Of a DNA stretch of 64,000 nucleotides, positions 38,978-51,235 are shown one piece after another (positions within the stretch are counted from its first letter, which is position 1; the number at the start of each line of letters is the position of its first letter). This DNA is from the human T2T-CHM13v2.0 reference genome, Homo sapiens, in assembly GCF_009914755.1 (NCBI RefSeq), contig NC_060927.1; one strand, given 5' to 3'. The notes under the pieces are model-generated. The model worked only from the letters and a program-made list of their open reading frames with translations. It was not told the origin of the DNA and made no database searches. A program made the position numbers and the translations under genes.

Positions 38978-39369
38978 TGTGATAGCCAGAATAATGACTC
39001 CCAAAGAGGTTCATATCCTAATCCCTGGTATCTGTGACTATGTTATTTTACATGATAAAAGGAATGCATTATTTGTTTAAGTATTTTGAGATGAAAGATC
39101 ATATTGGATTACCCAAGTGGACTCAATATAATCACTGAAAAAAGATTGGAATATACTACTCTGTTAGTGGTGAAATGGAGGAGGTAGCTGCAAGTCATGG
39201 AATGCTTCTAAAAACTGGAAAACACAAGGACTCCCAATGCCTTGAATATGGTTCGCTGAAACCCGCATTTGGACTTCTTTCCTACAGAATAGTAAAATAA
39301 TTAATGTGTATCATTTTAAGTCAATGAAATTTCACTACTTTGCTACAAAACAGAAAGGAAACTAATACA
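38978..39369 (+). mobile_element. MLT1D solo LTR
   Basis: tgtgatagccagaataatgactcccaaagag..cctaatccctgg..ggaaactaataca; flanks gtgcc / gcacc. Confidence 0.87.
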
Positions 39370-39485
39370 GCACCCCACCCCAGATCACAGTGTAGGTTGG
39401 TGTCCCCATTCTTTTGTGGTTGTTGGTGCAGTTAGATACTTAGACTAATGTCTAAGTATTAGACATTGTGTAAACCTTTAGGGAG

Positions 39486-41738
39486 TGATATGGTTTGGCT
39501 GTGACCCCATCCAAATCTCAATTGTATCTCCCAGAATTCCCACGTGTTGTGGGAGGGGCTCAGGAGGAGTAATTGAATCATGTGTGCTGGTCTTTCCTGT
39601 GCTATTCGCATGATAGTGAATATGTCTCATGAGATCTGATGGGTTTATCAGGGGTTTCTGCTTTTGCTTCCTCCTCATTTTCTCTTGCCACCACCATGTA
39701 AGTGCCTTTCACCTCCTGCCATGATTCTGAGGCCTTCCCAGCCATGTGGAACTATAAGTCCAATTAAACCTTTTTCTTCTTAGTCTCAGGTCTGTTTTTA
39801 TCAACAGTGTGAAAATGGACTAATATAGTAAATTGGTACCAGTAGAGTGGGGCATTGCTAAAAAGGTACCTGAAAATGTGGAAGCGGCTTTGGAACTGGG
39901 TAACAAGCAGAGGTTGGAACAGTTTGGAGGACTCAGAAGAAGACATGAAAATGTGGGAAAGTTTGGAACTTCCTAAAGACTTGTTGAATGGCATTGTCCA
40001 AAATGATGATAATGATATGACAATAAAATCCTGGCTGAGGTGGTCTCTGATGGAGACAAGGAACTTGTTGGGAACTGGAGAAAAGGTGACCCTTGTTACG
40101 TTTTAGCAAAGAGACAGGCAGCATTTAGAGACTTGTGGAACTTTGAACTTGAGGGAGATGATTTAGGGTATCTGGGGGGAGAAATTTCTAAGCAGCAAAG
40201 CATTCAAGATGTCACTTGGGTGCTGTTAAAGGCATTTAGTTTTACAGGGAATCAGAGCATAGAAGTTTGGAAAATCTGAAGCCTGACTATACAGTAGAAA
40301 ACAAAAACCCATTTTCTGGGGAGAAATTCAAGCCAGCTGCAGATATTTACATACGTAACAAGGAGCCAAATGTTAATCCCCAAGACAATAAGGAAATGTC
40401 TATAGGGCATGTTAGAGACCTTTGAGGCAGGCTCTCCCATCACAGACCCAGAGGTCTAGGAGGAAAAAATGGTTTCATTGGCAGGGCCCAGGGTCCCCAT
40501 GCTGTGTGCAGTCTATGGATTTGGTGCCCTGCATCCCAGCTGCTCCAGCCATGGCTGAAAGGAGCCAACATAGAGCTTGAGCTGTGGCTTCGAGGGTGCA
40601 AGCCTCATCCTTGGCAGCTTCCATATGGTGTTGAGCCTGCAGGTGCACAGAGCCAAGAATTTGGGTTTGGGAACCTCTGCCTAGTATTCACAAGATGTAT
40701 AGAAATGCCTGAATGCCCAGACAGAAGTTCGCTTCAGGAGCAGACCTCACATGCGGAATCTCTGCTAGGGCTGTGCAGAAGGGAAATGTGGGGTTGAAGC
40801 TCCCACACAGAGTCCTACTGGGCACCACCCACTGGAGTTGTGAGAAGAAGGCCACCATCCTCCAGACCCCAGAATGGTAGATCTACCTACAACTTGCACT
40901 GTGCACCTGGAAAAGCCACAGACACTCAACACCAGCCTGTGAAAGCAGCCAGAAGGTGGCTGTACCCTGCAAAGCCACAGAGTTGGAGCTGCCCAAGACC
41001 ATGGGAACCCACCTCTTGCATCAGCATGACCTGGATTTCAGACATGGAGTCAAAGGAGATCATTTTGGAGCTTTAAGATTTGACAGCCCTGCTGGATTTT
41101 GGACTTCAGTGGGGCCTGTAGCCCCTTTGTTTTGGCCAATTTCTCCGATTTGAAATGGCTGTATTTACACAATGCCTGTACCCCCATTGTATATATGAAG
41201 TAACTAACTTGCTTTTGATTTTACAGTCTTATACATGAAAGCATTTGCCTTGTCTCAGATGAGACTTTGGACTGTGGACTTGGAGGTTAATGCTGAAATG
41301 AGTTAAGACTTTGGGAGACTGTTGGGAATGCATGATTGGTTGTAAAATGTGAGGACATGAGATTTGTAGGGGCCAGGGGTGGAATGATATGGTTTGGCTG
41401 TGTCCCTACCCAAATGTCTACTTGAATTTATCTCCCAGAATTCCCATGTATTGTGGGAGGGACCCAGGGGGAGGTAATTGAATCATGGGGGACAGTCTTT
41501 CTCATGCTATTCTTATGATAGTGAGTAAGTGTTATGAGATCTCATGGATCTATCGGGGGTTTCTGCTTTTGCTTCTTCCTCATTTTTCTCTTGCTACCTC
41601 CCTGTAAAAAGTGTCTTTCACCTCCTGCCATGATTCTGATGCCTCCCCAGCCATGTGGAACTGTAAGTCCAATTAAACCTCTTTTTCCTCCCAGTCTCGG
41701 GTGTGTCTTTATCAGCAGCATAAAAACAGACTAATACA
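39486..41738 (+). mobile_element. Full-length THE1A provirus (LTRs 39486-39827 and 41385-41738, plus internal region)
   Basis: Two LTRs tgatatggtttggctg..actaat(a/c)a with tatctcccagaattccca; internal starts gtaaattggtaccagtagagtgggg; PPT ggggccaggggtggaa; TSD gggag / gagag. Confidence 0.97.
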
Positions 41739-42408
41739 GAGAGATATCCTCTGGTGATCAAAGCTGCCTAGCCCTCTGGTCCTGGCACTTATGCTGGTAG
41801 CAAAACTGGTAGCAAAACTATGCAGGCACTAACTCACTAGAGTGGAGATATATATGGCCCACTTCCCTGTCACATTTGTGAACCAAATCAACAGTTCAAA
41901 TTGCATTCCAGATTTCTCCATGAACTCAGCTAGACTTTACCTCAAAATACATTTTTGCATGGCTCCTTTGCCTTCTGTATCCTGCTTCTCTCACTCTTTT
42001 ACCTGTTCTCTAGGGAACATTCATTCAATAAAACACTAGCATCCAATTACCCAACTCAAGTTCTGCTTTAGGAGAACCACCCAAAACAAATGCAAATTAC
42101 CCCATTTTTTGGCCTTACATAGGTCAATGTCTCTTCACAGACACTCTTTCCTTTATTCTTAGAACACTCCAAAAGCTAGGTAAGGCAAGACATTATTATG
42201 CTTTCAACATTTTCACCAAATTCAAACAAAAGGCTAAATAGGTTTTATAAGCTATTATTTTCTTTTTCTTTATATCTAACTAGATAATTCTTTAGCCAAT
42301 TATAATATTATGTATATAGTTACTTTTGCCAATGTTTGTTCAATCTTTGCTTAGAATAACTACACACTATACACTATATAACTTTCAAATGTGGCAACTA
42401 TGACTGCT

Positions 42409-42436
42409 GCTTTGGTGGTTCAGTGGTAGAATTCTC
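42409..42436 (+). pseudogene. tRNA-Gly (GCC/CCC) 5' fragment retrocopy, tailless
   Basis: gctttggtggttcagtggtagaattctc is 27/28 identical to the recalled tRNA-Gly 5' end GCATTGGTGGTTCAGTGGTAGAATTCTC; flanking aaatgtggcaact / aagtgtggcaact. Confidence 0.88.
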
Positions 42437-42773
42437 AAGTGTGGCAACTTTTTACATCAATTTTGAGAAAACTTATGAATAAAATTTGTCAACACCACTT
42501 GATAACTGTGAAAATACTTAGTGTTCTTTAACAATGTGAGTTCTGTTAAAATCACTTAGAAAGTCTCTTTATCCTCTATTAGCATCAAAATTGCTTTATA
42601 GAAAAAATTACCTACATATTCAGCACTTATATTAGAACTGGTAGTCTTAGCATTCATGGAAACAAAAAAATTGGTAGTTTTCAAAGATGAGTGGACTCAT
42701 TTTCAGAAATACAGAATTACTAAAATATAGATGATTTAATACATATCAACTAATATTTTCAAAAAGGAAAACA

Positions 42774-43169
<396 letters not shown>

Positions 43170-43863
43170 TTAGAATGTCAGTTTTCGTTACTGGTGTTAT
43201 GTGAAAAATAATACTTGTGTTGCTAGTTACAGCAATAAGCAAAAGGAATAGTAGAGTACATTTAATTACTTGACCATTGTCACAAATAATTCTGTGATAA
43301 GACTAGATTAAAACTCATATTAAATGTTGAATTAAATTAGAAAATATTAGATATGGAATAAAAGACTTCACATTTTTAGTATTTTGCATTGGCGAACAAA
43401 GCAGAGGTGATCATATGCAGAAAGTTTTAATCTGGGATTATTGACTTTACTATGATGAAATTACAAAGTACTAACCAAAATAAAATAAATTATTGTTAAA
43501 GGATATTATTGCATTCCTTCACACACAAGCAAGTTTTGGAGTTTGCGTACAGTATTTAAAAAAGTATCAAAATTTATTTATTCAGAAGAAAGTTAACAAA
43601 TGGAATAAAAAAGGAGAAAGATTTTATTAGCTCAAAAAATTAAAAAACCAAATAAAATAATGTGTCCCTATTACAACAGTTTTAGTTGAAATTCCTGAGA
43701 CATGAGAATAAGCAGGAATTACAGGAATTATGTAGAAATTAACTCAATTTAGTCATGTTGTTTAAATTCATAGATGCAAGCAATAGTAAATGTTGACAGT
43801 TCAGGGTTTTTTATTCTTTATTTTTCTTTTTTGTACTTCTTCCTTTCTTTAATTTCTGCCTGA

Positions 43864-43901
43864 AACTCTCCTTTCTGCCTTCAACTCTCCTTTCTGCCTT
43901 C
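43864..43901. repeat. Perfect 19-bp tandem duplication
   Basis: aactctcctttctgccttc x2. Confidence 0.93.
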
Positions 43902-44823
43902 CTATTTTGAAATCCCAAATGGGAGAAAAAATATTGTCTCAAAGGTAAAACAATTTCAAGATTGCATATCATCTTTTATGAAAAAAATAATTTGCATTAA
44001 AAACATTTAAGTGTGTTTTAAAATACAGCAAAACAATACACAGAAATGCTGAAATTCCTTGACAAATAGAAATGCTTCAAAGGATAGTATTTAATAAATT
44101 CTAAATTGATAAAATCTGTTAATAACACTGATAATAACCAACTTGATATATTCTACCTATATATTTAGAATGTTAATTAGATAACAGAACCATGTTGGTA
44201 TAGTGAGACCTTTACAAGAAAATTATGATTTCTCTCAAGCAATTATTTTTAATAATAGATTCCTTGTTTCTCATTTTTTATGTGTACTTGAGTACTTCTT
44301 TTATTGTTTTCCTGCTGGAGACTCGATTATGCTGGCAGCTTTATATATTTCTTTGTATTGTTAAGGCAGACACAATGTTTTATGCTTATATATGGAAATG
44401 ACTCTGAATATAGGTTAAGAGGCTGTTTTAGTGCTGTTTTAGAACACTCCCAAAACTAAGCAAGACAAGACATTGTGCCTTCAACCATCAGCACTGGGGA
44501 TGTGCTCTAATAAAGTATTCTTTAAATATAACTGTTAAGGTATATTTTCTCCTTTTATACTACTTAATTTCTCTTTACAATAAGAACCTTTTGTTTTAAT
44601 TTTCTAGGACAAATAATAAAATCGCTGTTTAGATTCCAGGTTTTTTTTTTATCAGAATACAACAAAATGGAATGTGTAATGTCCATTGAATATTCTCCAG
44701 CTAGTGTTCAGCTTGTCTGGAGCCCTTGAATACAAATATTCTGTGGAAGATGGACAAAATTGTAAGTAGTGCCAAAATATCCCTAGAATTTTTCCAGTGT
44801 TTCTATCTATGGAGAGTAGAGAG

Positions 44824-45413
44824 TATTACTACAGGACTTCCAGGTTCGTATGCCCACTGCATAGCAACAGACCAATAAACTGTGAGCAGGGTTGCAGCAG
44901 AGAAAGCGATTAATGATCACAAGGTGCCCAGCGAGGAAATGGGAGGAATTCTCAAGCCTCAAATCCATTTCATTGAGGGGTTCTGGGGAAGGGTTTTTAA
45001 TGGGATTTGTGAAGGGTGAGGGGCTGGAAAATTTGGGGTCATAAATTGGTCAGGTAGGGGGAAGAAATTGTCAGAATGTGGTAACTGCATCTATGAGTTA
45101 GATTTTTACTGGGCCCATTAGACCAGCTGCTGTCTGTCAGTATCCAGAACCTACAGAAGAAGCTCAAACAGAGGGTTTATTGTCCCACACTGTCTTAGAT
45201 TTTACTTATAGAACCAAAAAACAAAAAACAAACAAACAAACAAACAAAAACAAAGAGTTTTGTGACAAGTGCCACGTGATCCTGGGGTAGTAAACAATAA
45301 GCAACAGGGAAGTAGATCAAAAGGCAAGCTGGTTTAATGATTGCTACTATAAGCCTGGTGGATTCTTATTTTTTCTTTAATTGATTTTATAACATTTTCC
45401 TGAGGAGATTTCA
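44824..45413 (-). mobile_element. ERV1 MER4-group solo LTR (MER49/LTR29-like)
   Basis: ggttcgtatgcccactgc..gcagcagagaaag..cctcaaatccat..gggtttttaa (antisense TATA)..tttca end. Confidence 0.7.
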
Positions 45414-45571
45414 AAGACAATGTTAAAACGAACATTCATCAGATCTAAGTTGGTTTTTTGAAAGTTGGTTTGGAACAGTAAAGGCATTGAAAAGCTTCCA
45501 ACATTGCATAATTACAAAACTTTTGAAAAAATGTTTTAAAAGTAACAAAAAGAAACTTTGAATGCTTTCTT

Positions 45572-45882
<311 letters not shown>

Positions 45883-45909
45883 TCAATGCTTATTCTTATG
45901 TTGGAACCT

Positions 45910-46272
45910 CTTTTAGTGAGCTCGGGCTACTATAATAAATGCCATAGACTCACTGGCTTAAATAACAAACATTTATTTCTCATTCATCTGGAGGCTGTAC
46001 ATTTAAGGTCAGAGTTTCAACATAGTGGGGTTCAAGTGAAGCCTCTCCTTCCAGCCTGTAGGTGGCCACCTTCTCTCTCTGTCTTCACATGGTGGAGCGA
46101 GAGAAAGCATCTTTTGCACACCTCTTCTTGTAAGGACACTAATGCCATTCACAAGGGCTCCACCCTCATGACCTAATTACCTCCCAAAGGCTCTACCTTC
46201 AAATACTATCACATTAGAGATCAAGGCTTCAATACATAAATTTAGGAGGACACAGATATTCAGTTCACAGCA
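45910..46272 (-). mobile_element. MLT1A-type LTR
   Basis: ccatagact..ggcttaaataacaaacatttatttctca..agggctccaccctcatgacctaattacctcccaaaggc. Confidence 0.88.
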
Positions 46273-47525
46273 CAGTATTTCCTTTATTCATGCATTTTTT
46301 TTATTAGTACAGTCTCACGAGGAACAAGAAATGAACATGTTTCAACTATGCCATTTTAAATGTTTCATTTAATCAGTCAATGTTATGTCTACACAATGAA
46401 GAATATCTAAAGTATATGGCTTCTGTACCGTGGGAGTAGGAAAATGTATAAGCCAAAATTGAAATACCTGTACTACAAACCAGATAATACAAAGCAATCT
46501 GATGCACATAATTTTAACCTAGGTTTGAATCTTGCACATTTCTCTAGCTTATATTACAGGGAAACCTCAGAGTCTAGCCTCTGATTGCTAAAATTTTTCC
46601 GGCCTCTGAAGGGAGAATTGGCTCCCTTCTCTTCTGAATGTCTCTCGAAGTATTTAAATTACAAATTATTCTGCACTGCTACATCATCCATTTCTCTCAT
46701 CTATTTCCATCTTCCAAAATTGTGTTGATATCTTCTCTTCAGTGCTGCCTACGCTGGAGATTTGAAGATAAGATGGAAATAAAGACAAGTTTAACTAGAG
46801 GTCTATATTTTTAAACAATGGGCAAATTCAATAAAGAATGTTGGATGGATTGAGATGAGCAAATTTTGATATTTATACCAAAATATGTCCCTCTCACTGA
46901 ATTTTTAAAATTATTTCACAAAGTTAAAATACTTATGAAGAAGCATGAATTCAACTAAAGATATAAACTATGTCTACAATATACACAGCCTGATTTTCAA
47001 GCCAGAAACTTGAAAAATTTTTATTATAAACAAAACATATATCTATTTAGTTTATACATAAACTAAGTTTATGTGTGTGTGTGTGTATAGAGATAACATA
47101 AATATTTAGTATGCTACAATTCTTTAGGCAATATTTAGATAATATCACGTAACATAACTAGTATTACTTAAATTATAAAATGATAATTACTTAGTATAAT
47201 ATCTGTATAGTTTTATTTTTACACTTTTCTCCAAGTAATTACTTTTAAAATATAGTGTCAGTTTGACACTTATTCTTGGAATAGCTACAATAACAAAAGT
47301 AACTGTCAGCAGATTATATTAAAATAAAGAGGCTTAACAGAAAACAGTGTATAAACATAACATGTTTATAATTCCTTAATAATTCTCTATTTTTAGAAGG
47401 TACTCATCTCAGCTACAGTTGTTGCATCCTTCATTTTTTCTGGACAATGTAGAAGACATCAGGTGTTATCTTTGTTTTCTTCACAGGCCACAGCATCCTA
47501 GCTTTCCAAGAAAAACGTTTCTCCC

Positions 47526-47870
<345 letters not shown>

Positions 47871-49273
47871 TCAAAATAATTAAAACAGACTGATAACTAG
47901 AAATCAAGAATTTGCTTGAGTATCAATGCAGCACCCTTACACTGGTGGCTGTTTTCCTATATGCTCCTGTTTTGAACTGCTGTGCCTTCCCTTTCCAGGA
48001 ATTTGGTATCTCCTCAGTAATGGCACTTGCCTTGTCAGGTCTTGATTATGGTTCACTGTTTAAAATAAGGTAAAGGTAAGCTGTCTTTGTTACTCTTGTT
48101 AAAGCAGTTTTAGTTTAATTTTCTTTTTCTATGACTTTGCCTGCTCATAAAAAATGATGCTATATGTTTCCATTGGCACCTTATTTTTACCCATAAATAT
48201 TCCACGTTTACTTTTTTCCTCATCCTCTGACTGCTAACTCTCAGATGAGTATTACATTATTTCAGTTTAACTACCTCACAGATGATCAAGGTTAATCTGA
48301 CTAAAATAAATACTTGAATAGGTAAACAAAAATTAATCAGTTATTCAAAATCCATCATACAAATTTGAATATTTAAATACTGATGTTTGAATGTCTGAAT
48401 GATTTTTAAATATTTTAATAATAAATTATAATTTCACACTGATAAAAATATACATTAAGAAGTCTTTTTAGTTTGATTTAATGAACGGCAAAGTGACATC
48501 AGTATTAGAGAGATAATAAATGCTTATTGTATTCCAATCAAAAGTTAACTTTTATTAACAGTATTCTTGCTACCCCTCCAAATAATTCTGCAAGTGTTTA
48601 TGTTCTTGAAATATGCCACGTATATGTTAGGTCTTAGATTATAGCCATCCATAAACAAATATGCTTGCTCTCATGAAGACCTTGTCCTGGTGTTAAATAA
48701 TATTAATTTGAAACAACGTAAGTAGCAGACTTTTTGTTAGCATTTTTTGGTTGTGTCAATTTTTGCATTTAACCATGAAAAGTTATATCATGAAAATCCT
48801 GATCACTAGTAACTTTTAAGCATAAGTGAGTCAAAATTAGGCAGAATATATTTGATTTAGATTTCATATTTAAAGAAAACCTGAAATAAGCAGCATTTTT
48901 ATAAAAATATATTGATCACCTAGCAAAAAGAGAAGCTTTGCAACAATTCCTTAGCTAAAGATGCTTTTGGCAAAGTAAAATTGGAGAAAAATTCTTTCGT
49001 CATGTAGAGCTTATTATTGATTTCTTTTGTCAGTCTTCTGAGTAGATTTTTCTCCAGCCTCCACAAAGCAATTATTGGTATCAAAGGGATTTCTTTTGAT
49101 GCCAAAAGTCAGCTATCAAACATATGGCTTTGCCATGTAAATGTGTAATTAACTTTTTTCCCTAAAGAATCAAGAAAAAATGTAGCAGCAGCTACTGTAT
49201 ATTTTTAAGCTTTTATGAATTCTAGAATATTTGAAGAAAATGCATCTGACAAATTATGCATTTCTATTAGTAG

Positions 49274-49899
49274 TGAGAGGTGAAGCCAGCTGGGCTTCTG
49301 GGTCAGGTGGGGACTTGGAGAATTTTTGTGTCTAACTAAAGGATTGTAAATGCATCAATCAGTGCTTCGTGTCTAGCTAAAGGATTGTAAACACACCAAT
49401 CAGCACTCTGTAAAATCTCACCAATCAGCACTCTGTGTCTAGTTAAAGGACTGTAAACGCACCAATCAGCACTCTGTAAAATGGACCAATCAGCACTCTG
49501 TAAAATGGGCCAATCAGCAGGACGTGGGAGGGGCAAAATAAGGGAATAAAAGCTGGCCACCCCAGCCAGCAGCGGCAACCCACCTGGGTCCCCTTCCACA
49601 CTGTGGAAGCTCTGTTCTTTCACTCTTCACAATAAATCTTGCTGCTGCTCACTCTTTGGGTCGGCACCACCTTTAAGAACTGTAACACTCACCACAAGGG
49701 TCTGCAGCTTCATTCCTGAAGTCAGTGAGACCACGAACCCACCAGAAGGAAGAAACTCTGGACCCATCTGAACATCTGAAGGAACATACTCCGGACACAC
49801 CATCTTTAAGAGCTATAACACTCACTGTGAGGGTCTGTGGCTTCATGCTTGAAGTCAGCGAAACCAAGAACCCTCTGGAAGGAATAAATTCTGGACACA
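49274..49899 (+). promoter_or_regulatory. 5' LTR12 with CCAAT-repeat U3
   Basis: Five ccaatcagc copies in 49396-49520, gggaataaaag TATA-like box, AATAAA at 49631, duplicated U5 unit. Confidence 0.9.
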
Positions 49900-49902
49900 T
49901 TT

Positions 49903-49920
49903 TGGCAACCACAAAGGGAT
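49903..49920 (+). other. Primer binding site, tRNA-Arg
   Basis: tggcaaccacaaagggat just after the LTR; one mismatch to the complement of the recalled tRNA-Arg(TCG) 3' end. Confidence 0.8.
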
Positions 49921-50870
49921 TTTTGCTTATCGCCAAGCAGTGAGTACCGTCAGACCCCTTTCGCTTGCTATTCTGCCCTATTTTTCCTTAGAATTCAGGG
50001 GTTAAATACTGGGCACCTGTTGACCAGTTAAAAGCGACTAGCTTGGCCACTGGACTAAAGACATGGGTGTCAGGCTTTCTGGGAAAGGGCTCTCTAACAA
50101 CCCCTGACTCTTGAGGGTTGGGAGCTTTGGTTTGCCTGGAACCAGCTTCCACTTTACCTGTACTTCTGGGCTGAGCCAAGGGTTGACAGAGAGGAAAGCC
50201 ATTCAGCTCCAGGGTCCTGACAGCAAGTTGGTTGACCCCGCAGCCATGAGTGGAACTCTCAAAGTCATGTCACCCAAGCAAGACTCGCCCATCTCTCCTA
50301 TCTATCCTGACCCTTGCCTCCTGGGTCCTAATGCCTGTCAAACAAACTTCCTCTTGCCTCTCTTCTCTGAGGCTAGTCCCACTTCTAAAAACCACTCCCT
50401 GTCTCTGGTGCTTTTCTAGTTTATCCTATAAGAATGATTTCTAGTATAAACTCCAGGACTCTATTCCCTTCTTTAGGCACCTGGGCTCACCAATCAGAAA
50501 GACATAATTTTTGACCAAAGCCCAGTCACAGGGGGGACTGTCTGGAATTTTAGGATCCCTCCTCAGACAAGCAGCCCTAACAAAAGCTATTCCTGAAGCT
50601 AGGATATGGGGAGCTTCAGAAATGGTATCTTTCCTATTCATATAAGTGAGGACAAAAAGGCATCACTCTTCCAACTCTGGAGATCCCTTCCCTCCCTCAG
50701 GGTATGGCCCTCCACTTCATTTTTGGGGCATAACATCTTTATAGGACAGTAGTAAGTTCCCAGTACTAACAGGAGAACACTTGGGGCTCAAACAGGTTTT
50801 TGAGAATGCATTGGTAAGGGCCACTAAATCCGACCTTTCTCAGTCCTCCTTGTGGTCTAGGAGGAAAACT

Positions 50871-51190
50871 AGTGTTTCTGCTGCTGCATCAGTGAGCACA
50901 ACTATTTCTATCAGCAGGGTCCAGGGACCGTTGCAGGTCCTTGGGCAAGAGATGTTTCTGCTGCTGTGTCAGTGAGCACAACTATATCGATCAGCAGGGT
51001 CCAGCTACCATTTTGGGTTCCTGGGCAAGAGGTGTTTCTGCTGCTGCATCAGTGAGCACAACTATTCTGATCAGCAGATTCCAGGAACCATTGCGTGTTC
51101 TTGGGCAAGAGGTGTTTCTGCTGCTGTGTTGGTGAGCACAACTATTCTCATCAGCCAGGTACAGGGACCATTGTGGGTTCTTGGGCAGGG
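50871..51190 (+). repeat. 80-bp tandem repeat x4 in the ERV9 leader
   Basis: tgtttctgctgctg recurs in units starting at 50871, 50951, 51031 and 51111. Confidence 0.95.
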
Positions 51191-51235
51191 GGAGAAACCA
51201 AACAAACCAAAACCATGGGAGCGTTTTTCTTTCAG

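Larger units (their letters stand above)
38952..42088 (+). mobile_element. LTR16-like ERVL LTR interrupted by MLT1D and THE1A
   Basis: 3' part cctgcttctctcactc..tcaataaaacact..ctcaagttctgctttaggagaaccacccaaaaca; 5' boundary is tentative. Confidence 0.6.

Noticed and set aside
39855-41153. THE1 internal ORFs as a domesticated gene
   Set aside because: Short fragments in several frames, typical of a decayed THE1 internal region.
42409-42436. Functional tRNA-Gly gene
   Set aside because: Only the first 28 nt are present; no anticodon, B box or 3' acceptor strand.
50871-51190. CRISPR-like array
   Set aside because: Whole 80-bp units are homologous with no unique spacers, the context is a primate provirus, and there are no cas genes.
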